From Eledone cirrhosa (lineage: Eukaryota), in the NCBI GenBank assembly GCA_964016885.1, contig OZ024741.1, forward strand, positions 238,390,001-238,454,000: DNA of 64,000 nt, written 5' to 3'. This document shows positions 25,602-37,528 of this stretch, piece after piece; the stretch's first letter is position 1, and the number at the start of each line of letters is the position of its first letter. The translations under genes were made by a program, and so were the position numbers. The notes below the pieces were generated by a model, which had not been told where the DNA came from, made no database searches, and saw only the letters and a list, made by a program, of their open reading frames with translations.

Positions 25602-25748
25602 CTATATTGTTCAATCCTTTGTTTGTGTCTCTTACAGAAGACATTTATTCTGACGTAGTGTTCCGTTGTAACTGCTGCTGTAGTAGTGTGACAATGGCAG
25701 TATCTTGATGATGTAGATTTGTGAGTCATAGTGGGAGTCAACTACACT
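25602..25748 (-). promoter_or_regulatory. Conserved putative promoter / first exon of g2
   Basis: Same block and GTAAGT donor as 17412-17558. Confidence 0.68.
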
Positions 25749-26579
25749 CTAGATTTTATTTATTTGTGTATATTGTGTTCATTAAACTTAATTTATTTTA
25801 AGCAATCACTAAAATATTTAATAATGAATTTTGCAATAAGTGTTATATTAAACTACCTTAAAACATGTATAAATAATAATTACCTCTTGTATACAGATGC
25901 TTGTAGCACATTAATATATGTGCACACATATGTAGATATTCATGCACTGAGTGTTGCTGTATGTAAAACATTAATTTGTAACCTAAGTAGCAATTTCATG
26001 AAGTCATATTTATTTAATTTATACAACATATAACTTTCTGAAAGTCTAAAATTATGTTATTGCAATTGTTATGAATAAATTTAATAATAATTCTAAAATA
26101 TCAACTCATATTTTAATAGCGTATCATTTTTAATAAAATATAAAATTAAAAATAGTAGATTGTATGAGTAATATTTTTACAGTATTAGTGTTGCTATATT
26201 GTTTTAATATGATTATATGAGGCTAAATCTAACCTTCCTTTATTTCACTATAAATACCAATAATATGTTATGGAGAATTCAGTATAATATATCCTTATTC
26301 TTGAGGATTTTGATCAAAATAAACCAATTATGATTTTTGTGAATATTTTGAATTTGAATAAACCCCTTTGTTTACTAAATTATAGATTTGTTTGCTGATT
26401 AATTTCATTGTAGTTAAAGAGAGAAGTACTGTATTAATTGTTTTGCATTATTGATGCTAAAACTAAAGGAAATGTAAACTTCATGTCAAACTATTGTGTT
26501 AACTTTGAGTTAAAACTAAAAAATTTGTATATAATAATCTCCAAAACAAATAATTGTAGTTGTCTTAAGTTGGAGTTTA

Positions 26580-26668
26580 CTATTTTTTATATATTGGTTC
26601 TAGATATGTATCTTGCTCATGTTCATGCTTTGGTGTTGGTGGTATGTTTGGTGTGTAGTTACTGTATT
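26580..26668 (-). CDS. PCDH: Protocadherin g3 terminal coding exon (EYSNYTPNIPPTPKHEHEQDTYLEPIYKK*)
   Basis: 89 nt, conserved acceptor and stop. Confidence 0.8.
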
Positions 26669-26948
26669 CTGGAAAATAGATAAATGCATTATAAATAGAA
26701 TTTGAAACAATAGTTTTTTTTATATATTATGAAAATGAAAGAAAATGATTTTTTTCTAAATTAATTCAACATTATCATATTAGTTTATTAAATTTCATTT
26801 ACATGTAATGTTTACATAATCATATTAACATGCATCTTTTTAAATAGTTTACAGTTTATGAAACACTTTTATATTAACATAAATATTACTTAATGTTCTG
26901 TTATAATTGCACCAATGAATTTATAAAATAATTAATAGCCACTATTAC

Positions 26949-27096
26949 CTGATGTCTGATGTGTAATATCTCCTTCACACCAACCACGTTTATGTTCCCT
27001 TTGAGATGGTAATGTATCACTTAAGTTGTTTGATGTCACAATACTGCTGTTGTCACCTTGTTCACAAGACCCATCTGAAATCTGCTTATTATAGAT
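26949..27096 (-). CDS. PCDH: Protocadherin g3 cytoplasmic exon
   Basis: 148 nt, canonical boundaries. Confidence 0.88.
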
Positions 27097-27359
27097 CTGC
27101 TATGAAATAACAAAGATTTAGATGCAAATTTGAAAGATTAAAGTGCACACTATATTTATGAAGTATGTTTTACATCTTGGCAAAAAAATATCAATTTCAG
27201 AATTATATTGATTTTGTATTGTGTACGCTGCTAAATGCATATTGTAGATTTTAAAAATTTGAAATAACAATATTTTAGATACAAACTTAAGTGCTTAAGG
27301 TACACACTATTTCTTTGGTTTACTTACCTCTCATATCCTATTCTCAGTCAACAACCATC

Positions 27360-27830
27360 CCTCATAGGGTCCCGATGCCGAGTGTATGACCAACAACATC
27401 TCTGATGCTGGTGCCATGAAAAATGTACTCAGTACACCCTGTAAGTTGGATGGTGATAGGAAGGGCATCTAGCTGTGAAACCATGACAAAAAGGGTTGAG
27501 AGGACTCTTGAGGTTGTGTCAAAAGCATGACAACTGCACTAGTGTTGGGGATCTTCATGATAAACACACCCAATATAGACTTTAAAGTGGTTGGTAACAG
27601 GAAAAGCCTCCAGCTGCCAAACAACTGGCCAACAGAACTCTTCCGCCATGTTAAAGACATGACAACTTCCCTAGTGCTAATACCAGGATGAAATGCGTAT
27701 GTATATAAGCAAGATACAAGCCCCTGACTCATCTGAGAAGTCAGCAGCTGCACTCAAGTACTGATATAGTTTGTGACAACCTGTCCAAAGTTTACTAGCA
27801 AGGAGAAGAGATGCCAGATCATGATGATGA
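27360..27830 (+). mobile_element. Degenerate RTE-tailed SINE/LINE 3' fragments in g3 intron 2
   Basis: ggaagggcatctagctgtgaaa motif (twice, degenerate) and an atgatgatg tail. Confidence 0.55.
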
Positions 27831-28133
27831 CATGTTTTACATCTGACCTGTGTAGTGTAGTATATCCATATTACAAATAAATATAAACAAGAAAATAATA
27901 TTCAGACTGTATATTGCCTAACAAGACATGAATATCCATTAAAATCTCAGGCTTTAAATGAAGTGAGTATTTTGAAACCAAGCTCCAGATAATATCGGGT
28001 GAATATAAGTACCTATAAAGTATAAGGGGTGTCTCAGAAAATGATAGGTAAATCTAACACAGTTTACAGTATTAGAGAGTAAAGTGATTTGTGAAAAATA
28101 TCAGTAATTACATCCATTAGATTTGAAATTGTA

Positions 28134-28360
28134 AATACTATATCGATGGTGTTGTATGTCTTTGGAGAAAACATTTGGTGCTCTTAACAATAGTTCTGAG
28201 ATTTATAAATCTCTCAAAAAAATTGGATATCATCATCATCAGGGTTTAACGATGATGATGATAATATCCTATTTTTTCAGAGATTTATAAATCTCATAAA
28301 ACTATTGATCACATCATCAAACGTTTTCTCAATGTTTTTTTTCATCATCGATATAGTATT
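28134..28360. repeat. ~225-bp imperfect inverted repeat in g3 intron 2
   Basis: aatactatatcgatg...gagatttataaatctc...catcatcatc | agggtttaac | gatgatgatg...gagatttataaatctc...catcgatatagtatt. Confidence 0.85.
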
Positions 28361-28490
28361 CACAGATTATATTTAGGATCAATTATACTCTTATTATTAT
28401 TAATCATATGAAACATTGAATTGAATAAATATAGTTAAATATAAAAACAGTAATAATAATATTTAAAAGGTGGATTTCTTTTATAGGTAC

Positions 28491-30890
28491 CTGTGGAACT
28501 GGTGGAAGTCTTCTGGGTGTTGTTGAGAATTTCCATTCATTGGTTAACTGTTCCATCTCTGGATAATATGGACTTTTAGGGTTTATTGACTGAAGATTTC
28601 TAGCAAATATATCGTCTGCATTTCTGGTTATTGCAACAGGATTGTTGGTGTGATACAGTATTTGTCTCATCTCAGTCGGAGATAGGAATTTTGGATTATC
28701 TATTGTTGTAGGTGAGTTATTGGTGTGATTAATACATCTGAAAACACACAGTGTTATTGACACTACAATAGCCACAGATATTATTACAGCTGCTGCTACA
28801 ATGATAATTACCCAAGTCATATTGAGGTTGTTACCAGTCTGTAAGTGGACTGCAGTCAACATTGGAGATGTATCATTACTAACAAACAGTGTTAGTATGA
28901 TAGCTGTTGTTGCTGATTGAACTGGAGTACCACCATCTTTCACTATAAACTGTAGGTCATATGTTCCTGCATCATTTTGGTAAACTGCCCGAGAGAAAGA
29001 TAAGACACCAGTATGGGAGTTGACTGTAAACAGGTTTTTATCATTAGATCTCAGTATTCCATATGTGAGGAAAGCATTGTTTCCAGTGTCTTTGTCAGAG
29101 GCTTTCAGAATTGTGATGTCTTTCTTACTGTGTGGATCATAGTGGACATCTAGATTGTAAGGGTCATTAATAGGAAAGGTAAAATAGGGAGCATTATCAT
29201 TTTTATCTAGAATCTCAATAACAATATTGGCAGTATTATTCAGAGAAGGTGTTCCATTATCTTTGACTAAAATCTGGAATTTATAGATGTCTTTCATTTC
29301 CCGATCTATTGATTGTGATGTAGAAATAAATCCATTTTTTGTAAGTTGGAAAGGAATGTTATCATTGTTGTTATCATTGATGATAGAATATGTAAGCTGA
29401 CCCCCATCATCAAGATCAGGGTCTGTAGCATTGATGAAGCCAATAGGGAAGTCAACTTTCTGGTTTTCATAGGTGAGGAATTGGAATGTATCTTTGGTAA
29501 AATGTGGCTGTACATCATTGACATCAGTTACTTTGACAGAGAATTGTTTCTTAGTCTTTAATGGAGGTGATCCCATGTCATGACATATAATAGATACAAC
29601 ATAGTGATCTATAGTTTCTCTATCAAAAGGTTCTTTCACCAATATTTTATATTCCTTGGAACCCATATTAGAAAGTTGAAACATTTTATGTTGAATATTA
29701 CATTTAATTTGTCCATTAGGACCACTATCAGTGTCAATGACCATAACATAAGCTATAAAACTCCCTATTACACTTGCTTCTGAAATAGCAGTAGAGGTTT
29801 CTGTTAAAGGAGACACAAAATCTATATTTATAGATGGAGCATTATTTTGATTGCTAATTACATTAATACTTAACATTGCCATAGAACTTAATGAAGGAAT
29901 TCCACCATCTTTGGCTTCAATGTACAGTTGGTATTTACTTTCTTTATTTCTAAAGAAATCTGCATTAGTGAAAATTTCTCCAGATTTGGAATTTAATTTG
30001 AAATGTCTTCTTGCATATTTATTTGTATTTCTATGTAAATAGTAGGTGATATTTCCATTTTGACCAGAATCTAAATCTATAGCTGATAAAACAAACACAG
30101 GAGAAGATATATGATGTGTATCACTAATGGTTATATTATATAGTTTTTTAGTAAATATAGGTCTGTTATCATTGACATCAATAACAAATATTTCTATGTT
30201 TAGAAAACCTACTTTTTGTGGTGACCCTCCATCTTTAGCCACTAACTCTAACATATAAGTGTCTTTCAATTCCCTGTCTAACACTCCTTGTAGAGTAATT
30301 TTAAGTATATTTATTCCATCAGTTTCTTTAAATATGGACAGTGAGAATTTCTTACTTTTATCATTAAGTTTATATGTGATGTTAGAATTGAGAACACTAA
30401 TGTCTTTATCAACAGCATTTGGTATTGATTTTGTTGATCCCTTTCCATCTGTTTCATCAAACTGTAATTGTATTTGTTTTTGTGGAAACTCTGGCTGATG
30501 GTCATTAATATCTTCTATGAATATTTTAATCTTCAATATCTTCATAAATGTTTCTGATTTCCTCACTGCTACTTTAACAATTCTGGAACATTCCTTGTTA
30601 TATGTACACAGAGACTCAGCATCCAGTGTCTGTGTAGTGTATAGTTTTCCTGTGTTTGTGACATTGAATAAGTTAGAACCACTTGACACTGTCCTTTGTA
30701 ATTGTGTAAATGTAATGAGAGTGTGTTGTTGATGTGTAAGAGAGTGTGTTAAGTTAGAATCAACAGCAATGTCTCCTATATAGGTGTGAGGACTGTCTTC
30801 TTCATTAACATGATAAATAAGATCTAAGGACACAACAGAATATATTAATCCAAAGAGAATATAAATCGGTAGAGTGCTGATTATAACCAT
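28491..30890 (-). CDS. PCDH: Protocadherin g3 large exon
   Basis: The 828-aa ORF includes read-through into the intron. True donor CAG|gtacct at 28490; acceptor at 30930-30931. Confidence 0.96.
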
Positions 30891-31361
30891 TGTTGTAATT
30901 CATTATTTATTATTGTATATTCCATATATCTAGAAAAAATAAGGAAACACATTGATAAATAGAAATGTTGTTGTGAAATACATACATTTAAAAAAACTAA
31001 ACTAAACAATAATATTTTAAATCTGAATTTAGTTATTAGAAAGATTGAATTTTGTTTTTACTCTTTAGCCAGGAAGTGAAAGGCCATTCTGCTGACACAT
31101 TCAGGACCTCTTTCATTTGCAGGAGGGAAGCCAAAATTTCTACTCATTTTAGTGACCTGGCTTGAATGCTTGCAATAGAGTTGACTAAATGCATTCAAAG
31201 AGCAGGCTCGTTGAGGGAATATTGGTGAAAGATTAACACAACCAACCAAGTTGTCTACAGCTGCATTAGAGTTCAGGACACAATTAAAGATTTCTATTAA
31301 CAGTTGTATAAATGACATTACAAATGCATAAATAACCTTATAAATTTCAGAAAACTCAGGT

Positions 31362-31768
31362 ATCATCATCATCATCATCATCGTTTAATGTCCATATTCC
31401 ACGCTTGCATGGGTTTGGACGGGAGTTTTCCCACTTGAGGCAAGAGTGGTTGTCTTGCTCGCATAGGACTGTCTGGCGGGTTTTCTATGGCTGGATGCCC
31501 TTCCTAACACCAACCACATTTACAGTGTGGAACTGGGAGGTTTTTACCGTGCTGCCTACACGGCCACATTACAGCGTGGACTGTGTGTTTTTATGTCGTG
31601 ACACCTACACGACTTCATTTGTTTCGGGCTGGATGTTGTGACACCAACATAACTTTACATTGAAGGGGTGGTGTGGATAGGGTGGGGTTAGTGGGACATG
31701 TTGTATTTTGTTAGAGGTGCCTACTGACTGTAGTAGGTTTCACTTTGTACTTAGGGAAGGCGGGTCTT
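31362..31768 (-). mobile_element. RTE 3'UTR fragment private to g3 intron 1
   Basis: (CAT)n then a sequence matching 16050-16440; empty site in g4 (~40390) and g5 (~49240). Confidence 0.88.
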
Positions 31769-33369
31769 AATGCGTAAATAACATTATAGTTAGTCTACAA
31801 ACGTTGTTGACTGATTTAGGATCTTTAATGTTCTAAACAAACTGTAGAATATCCATACATAATTAAAAAGTTAAAACAACATAGATTGAACATCTCACCT
31901 ATTTTGAGAATATCTATCGATGTAACTGTTCCCCATTTCTAAACATACAAAATAAGTAGAAGTATATTTCTTGTTGGACGATATATTCCTGTAAAAATTA
32001 TTCACAAGTAACCACTAGCTCTATAGAATTGCATTTTTGCAATCTTCCATCTTGAGATAATAGAGTTATCTGCCCCTCCCAATGTTAAATATTTGATACT
32101 ACAATTTCTTTGTGGGTGGTCAATATATTGAGAAGCTTCTATGTAAGGTGGAATGACACATTTGTCCAATTCTGTATTCTATTGAAGTATTTAATTTATC
32201 TTCTAACTAATGCACCTCCACAATATGCTATCATTACATGAAATTACTAATTTTATAATAATATGGTGGGCACCGAAAAGTTTCAGGTGAGAATTAGCTT
32301 TGTAAAACTCTATAGAAATGAATTCTGATCTAAAATGATAAATTATCTAACCGATAAATATATATCTACGATCATGGCGCTAAGTTGTTGAATAGAGTTG
32401 ATCAGCATTTGTCATGAAAACATAAAACAGAGATAATCATGCCCAAATATGTGAAACATCAGTCTGTTCTGGTATAATGTTATATTATATATACATTATA
32501 ATATCTCTTTGAGGAACAAAGTGAAATTCAGAACATGTTTCTTCTAGATTGTTATCTAGTCTGACCTTTTCTACTTGAACTCTGTAATATTGTGTTCATA
32601 ATGATAGTGGAGGAAAGTAAGTTACTGGAAAATAGATTTCTTTATAATTTACAATTGATATCGAAACAGAGATTGAATGTAACATGTCTGTTAATTATTG
32701 TGGTTATTTTCTTTTATATGTGCAGGTTTTTGTTATTTTGTGATGGGTAGGAGTGTTATTATTTCCGGAAAAACGTATTAATATTGTTCTTGCTTGATAT
32801 TTATTTTCTGGTTGTTTGTATGTTTTAACATATAAACATGTGGTGTGTGTTTCTTTTATCGGATTGTTGATGAAACATATCCCCCATATGTTTCAGTGAA
32901 CTTTTTAGTTTAAATGTTTCTGTATGTTATGTTTCTTAATAACATTTGATAATATGAAGTGTGTTATTTGTATCATTTATTGTTACAATAGATGTTTTTA
33001 GGCAGGACTGACATAGTTATTGATGGATGTTTATAATTGATTGGAAACTGTTTATTTAAATAAAATGTTGACTGAATATTGTTAATTTTGTGTATATTGT
33101 GTATTTAATGATCATTACAATTAGGTTTTCATGTTCACTATATCTACCTAAGCTTAGTGGAATTTCACAAATAGAAAAATAAAAATTCTTAAGCTTTACA
33201 ACAAATAGTTTTGTGTTTACAAATCAAATTTGTCTAGGCCCAGCTAAGTAGCAGTAATGCAACAGTACTAACTGATTATTTAATATCTCTTGTGATTCAT
33301 GATTATTGTAGAAAAATTATCAATATATATATGTATATGTAAATACTCTTCATTTTTGCTCTCACTCAA

Positions 33370-34470
33370 TGGAACTGGGGTCATTTTGGGTCAATGATCC
33401 CAAAAGAATCATTGTGCATAGAGCCGACCAGATTTACCAGTACCCTCCACAGCTGTCGGTTCCATGCCAGCCTTTCTGCATCCTCCAATTCGATGTTGAG
33501 CTGCTGGAAATCTTACTTATTCACATCCCTCAATCTGGTGCAGGGTCTGCCATAGGGTCTCTTCCAGCCTGTAGTTGTTGAACATGAGTAAGGCCCTGGT
33601 AGGATGATCTGGTGGGAAGCATGGAGCATGTCCCAACCAGTGCATGTGGTGGATGTTTATGAGGTGGGACGTTGCAGGCTGATCTGTGCATGGATGCAAG
33701 TCTTTGTTGGAAATGTTGTGGTACCATCTGTTGTTCTTGATAGTCCTCAAAGCCATCAATCCTCTTTGCCAGGATTTTAATGAGGGGCCATGTTTCTGCT
33801 TCATAGTGGAGAATGGATAGGACCTAGGCATTGTAGATAGAGCTTCATCTTCCAGGAGATAGAGCAGTAGCACTAAAGGGGCTTCCATAGGGAGTGCATG
33901 ACCCCAGCGGCCTAACCACATCTGCTGTTGATCTTCATGGTCAGGTCTCCATTGATGGTGACTCTTGAGCCTAGGTAAATGAAGGAGCTGACAAACTACA
34001 CAATATAAGGGTCAATATAAAGTGGCATTGAATCTGGGCCATTGCTGACATGCATCAGCTTGTTCTTTTCCCAGCTCGCTTGATGGCCAAGCTCTGCTGA
34101 TTCCTCCCAGCATAGGGTCATTGTGACTCTCAGCTGATCAATCGTGATGGTGAATAGGGTGATGTCATCTGTGTACTCCAGGTTGGTAAGGTGATGGTTC
34201 CCAAAGGTAATGCCAGAAACTCATTCATGATCATCAGATAGTCAATGACACATTTGAAATGTCAGGGCAGCGCTGTCTGATCTCACTGTTGATGGGGAAT
34301 CAGTCAGTCCTTTCTGTTCACCTGCATGCAGGTCTTGGCACAGTTATAGATCCGTTAGAACAAGGTGGTGATCTTCGGAGACACATCAATGAGCAGAATT
34401 ATCCAGTGGTATGCATGGTTGATGAGGGCAGCGATCTCTGTGGAACTTCCAAGATCTTTCAATAATGAGA
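33370..34470 (-). mobile_element. Old RTE-type LINE fragment in intron 1 (g3 copy)
   Basis: Minus strand reads LEYTDDI and WLGHAP...DHPTRALL; paralogous copies in g4-g6. Confidence 0.8.
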
Positions 34471-35209
34471 TGGAGAACAGAAATGTGGTCCATAAAACGA
34501 GGGACAAAATTTAAACAAATGCCTTTCAAATGAAGATTTTTATTTAACTCTATTTGAACATATAGAAACCTGAAGTTATTTATACTTCAGGGCAAAATGA
34601 AAGTGACTGAAACAATATCGTCATCATTTTATATTTTCTTTTTCATGATTACATGGTTATAAATATAAAATTATATTGAATTGAATTCTAAGCAAATGCA
34701 AATGAGTTTCATTTATATTATAAGAAGCAAAGTGAAGTTAATTGATTCATAGAGTATTTAACAATATATATGCAGTGTAATATAATTATTCTGTATCTTG
34801 ATATTCTCAATCATATACAAGCAGTCCTGATATCATCTATAATTAAGACACAATTTAAATGAAGAGAAATAATTATATTTCTAATTTTTCCTGTTTAACC
34901 TGAGTAGTAGAAATATATTTAATATTATATATGAATTATAGCAATGTATATGGAATTATGTTATTAAATACAATAAATTGACAGATCAGTATTTGCATAA
35001 TGGTCACTGTTAAAAATATCTTTCTTCCCAAAGTAACTACACTACTACAGTAGTAATTGCTCTTGTAAATGGCTACATTTCTCTCTGGCTATCTATTATA
35101 AAGTATTATCATGAAATACTGTTATATTTATTATCTATATCTCATATCTTCATTTGAAATATATATTCGCAGAACTTCTAATGTAAAATGTCAATATAAA
35201 GAGACTTAC

Positions 35210-35356
35210 CTATAATGTTTAATCCTTTGTTTGTGTCTCTTACAGAAGACATTTATTCTGACGTAGTGTTCCAGTGTAACTGCTGCTGTAGTAGTGTGAC
35301 AATGGCAGTATCTTGATGATGTAGATTTGTGAGTCATAGTGGGAGCCAACTACACT
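35210..35356 (-). promoter_or_regulatory. Conserved putative promoter / first exon of g3
   Basis: Same block, GTAAGT donor. Confidence 0.68.
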
Positions 35357-36181
35357 TTGGATGATCTTATTTATCTGTACATATTGTATTTATTAAATTT
35401 AATTTATTTTACCCAAAGTTTAAAATATTAAATAATGAATTTTGCAATAAATATTTCTGATTTATACTAAACTAAATTAAAATATTTATAAGTGATATTC
35501 ATTCCTTGTACACGGGATGTTTACAGCACACTAATGTGTACACAAATTCACTGAGTGTTATATGTAAAACATTATTTTCTAACCTCAGTGATAATTTCAT
35601 AAGACATATTGCAGAGCATTAATCTATAAAATATTTACTAACGTTATAAATTATATATATTTTTTTACAATATCTTCTGTTACTTTATTATTTTTTCATA
35701 ATATAAATAATAATATGAAATATCAATGTGTATTTAAAATGTTAATATTATTATCATCACCATAGTAGAAATGGTAAATAGTTGGAATAGTGTTCTTCAT
35801 ATAATCTTCGGATGGCAGATTATATGGGGCTAAATGTCCTTTTCTTCCATCTAGTATTGATACTAATGATATATGAACAAGAATTCCATATTATACCCAT
35901 ATTTCTGAAGCTTTTTGCCCAATGTATGATAAAAATAAACCAATGAGGATATTTGGGAATACTCTAAAATCATGTCATTTAATTCTTTCTTTCTCAATGT
36001 GTAACAAACATATTTCCAAATACATATTCTTCGATATTACTTTGAATTAATAAGTTGTGTGTGCTAATTAATGGAATTTCATTTTAAAACAGAAGCAATG
36101 TTCTAATTTTATTGAAGTATTTATGTTAAAAATAAAATAATCTCCAAGCAGGATAATTACAGTTGTGTTAACTTGAGCTTA

Positions 36182-36270
36182 CTATTTTTTATATATTGGT
36201 TCTAAATATGTATCTTGTTGATGTTCACCTTTTGGTGTTGGTGGGATATTTGGTGTGTAGTTACTGTATT
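36182..36270 (-). CDS. PCDH: Protocadherin g4 terminal coding exon
   Basis: EYSNYTPNIPPTPKGEHQQDTYLEPIYKK*. Confidence 0.8.
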
Positions 36271-36397
36271 CTGGAAAATAGATAAATACATTATAAATAG
36301 TATTAGAAGGGAAAGTTATCTTTATATGTATGGAAAAATATTCTTTTCTAAATGAAGCAACTGTTATCATATTCATTTTTATGATAATAATGAAAAT

Positions 36398-36645
36398 TAT
36401 TGTGTACAGTGCTCAGGTGCACTACAACTCATCAAAGGTGCATGTATAGTACATAGAATAATGTACAAATGCCAGGAAAGTGACTAGTGTATGAGTCATG
36501 ATACACACACATGCATGCATGTGTATAGAAGGGGAATATCAGGTGTGGTGTTGGTGAATTTCAGGAAGCATGGGAGTTCTGAAGGATGCAGTGTCCCGAC
36601 AGCTAACATCTGATGCAGGTAATTTGTTCTGTGCTTCAGTAACTA
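36398..36645 (-). mobile_element. CR1-type LINE 3' fragment in intron 3 (shared by g4-g7; also ~45255, ~54095, ~62570)
   Basis: Minus strand reads EAQNKLPASDVSCRDTASFRT, like the (W)NxLP ORF2 C-terminus; absent from g2 and g3 intron 3. Confidence 0.65.
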
Positions 36646-36839
36646 TGGGCATTTTGTTTCTTCTTTCAATTTTACATGACTTTTACCTGATTATATTAAT
36701 AAACATCTTTTTAAATAGTTCCCACTAAATATTGTATAAAATACATTAACTACTCTTATATTAGTTGAATATGGTTTAATGATATAAATATGTTACAATT
36801 GTGCCAGTGAATTAATAAAAAATGAATATCCACTACTAC

Positions 36840-36987
36840 CTGATGTTTGATGTGTAATATCTCCTTCACTCAAACCCCGTTTATGTTCTCTTTGAGATGG
36901 TAATGTATCACTTAAGTTGTTTGATGTCACAATACTGCTGCTATCACCTTGCTCACAAGACCCATCTGAAATCTGCATATTGTATAT
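36840..36987 (-). CDS. PCDH: Protocadherin g4 cytoplasmic exon
   Basis: 148 nt; donor variant G|gtagta. Confidence 0.86.
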
Positions 36988-37528
36988 CTGTTATGAAACA
37001 ACAAAGATTTCAATGCACATTTGAAAGATGAAAGTACATACTATAACTATATATTTTTACATCTTTGCAGAAAAATAATAATTCTTTTTACTGTATCAGA
37101 ATGTTAAGGAGATATAAGGAAAGTATTTCTAATTTCAACTATCAGCTTTGAAAGTAGTAAATATCATATGACTGGTGTTGTATACTTAATCAGAACATCT
37201 GTTATTGTTTTGAGAATCTCTGATATTTAATATATCAAATTGGTTTATGAGATATATAGATCTCTGAAATCAGGATATGAATATATTTGAAATAAATTTT
37301 ACTGTTATTATAATTTTTGTTATCAGAATTGTCAATATTTACTATAACAAATAGTTTCTTATATATAATTCCTTCTTAAAATAAGATATGAATACACTGA
37401 GAATAAATTTTACTGTTATTATTCAAAGTCGTAGGAAAATATGTGAAGAAAATTAAATATGATTGTATATAATTAAATATAAATGCATTAAAAATAATAT
37501 TTAAGCGGTGGATTTACTGCATAGTTAC

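Noticed and set aside
28404-28490. Extended hydrophobic C-terminus of the g3 ORF as a second TM helix
   Set aside because: Read-through past the conserved splice donor into AT-rich intron.
33517-34465. Conserved ORFs (MWLGRW..., MSGQR...) in four units as a nested gene
   Set aside because: Frameshifted LINE relic copied passively with the tandem duplication.
36271-36376. 64-aa ORFs (MNMI...PIYKK) as independent small genes
   Set aside because: Only the part after the ttttccag acceptor is conserved in g2 and g3; it is the terminal protocadherin exon.
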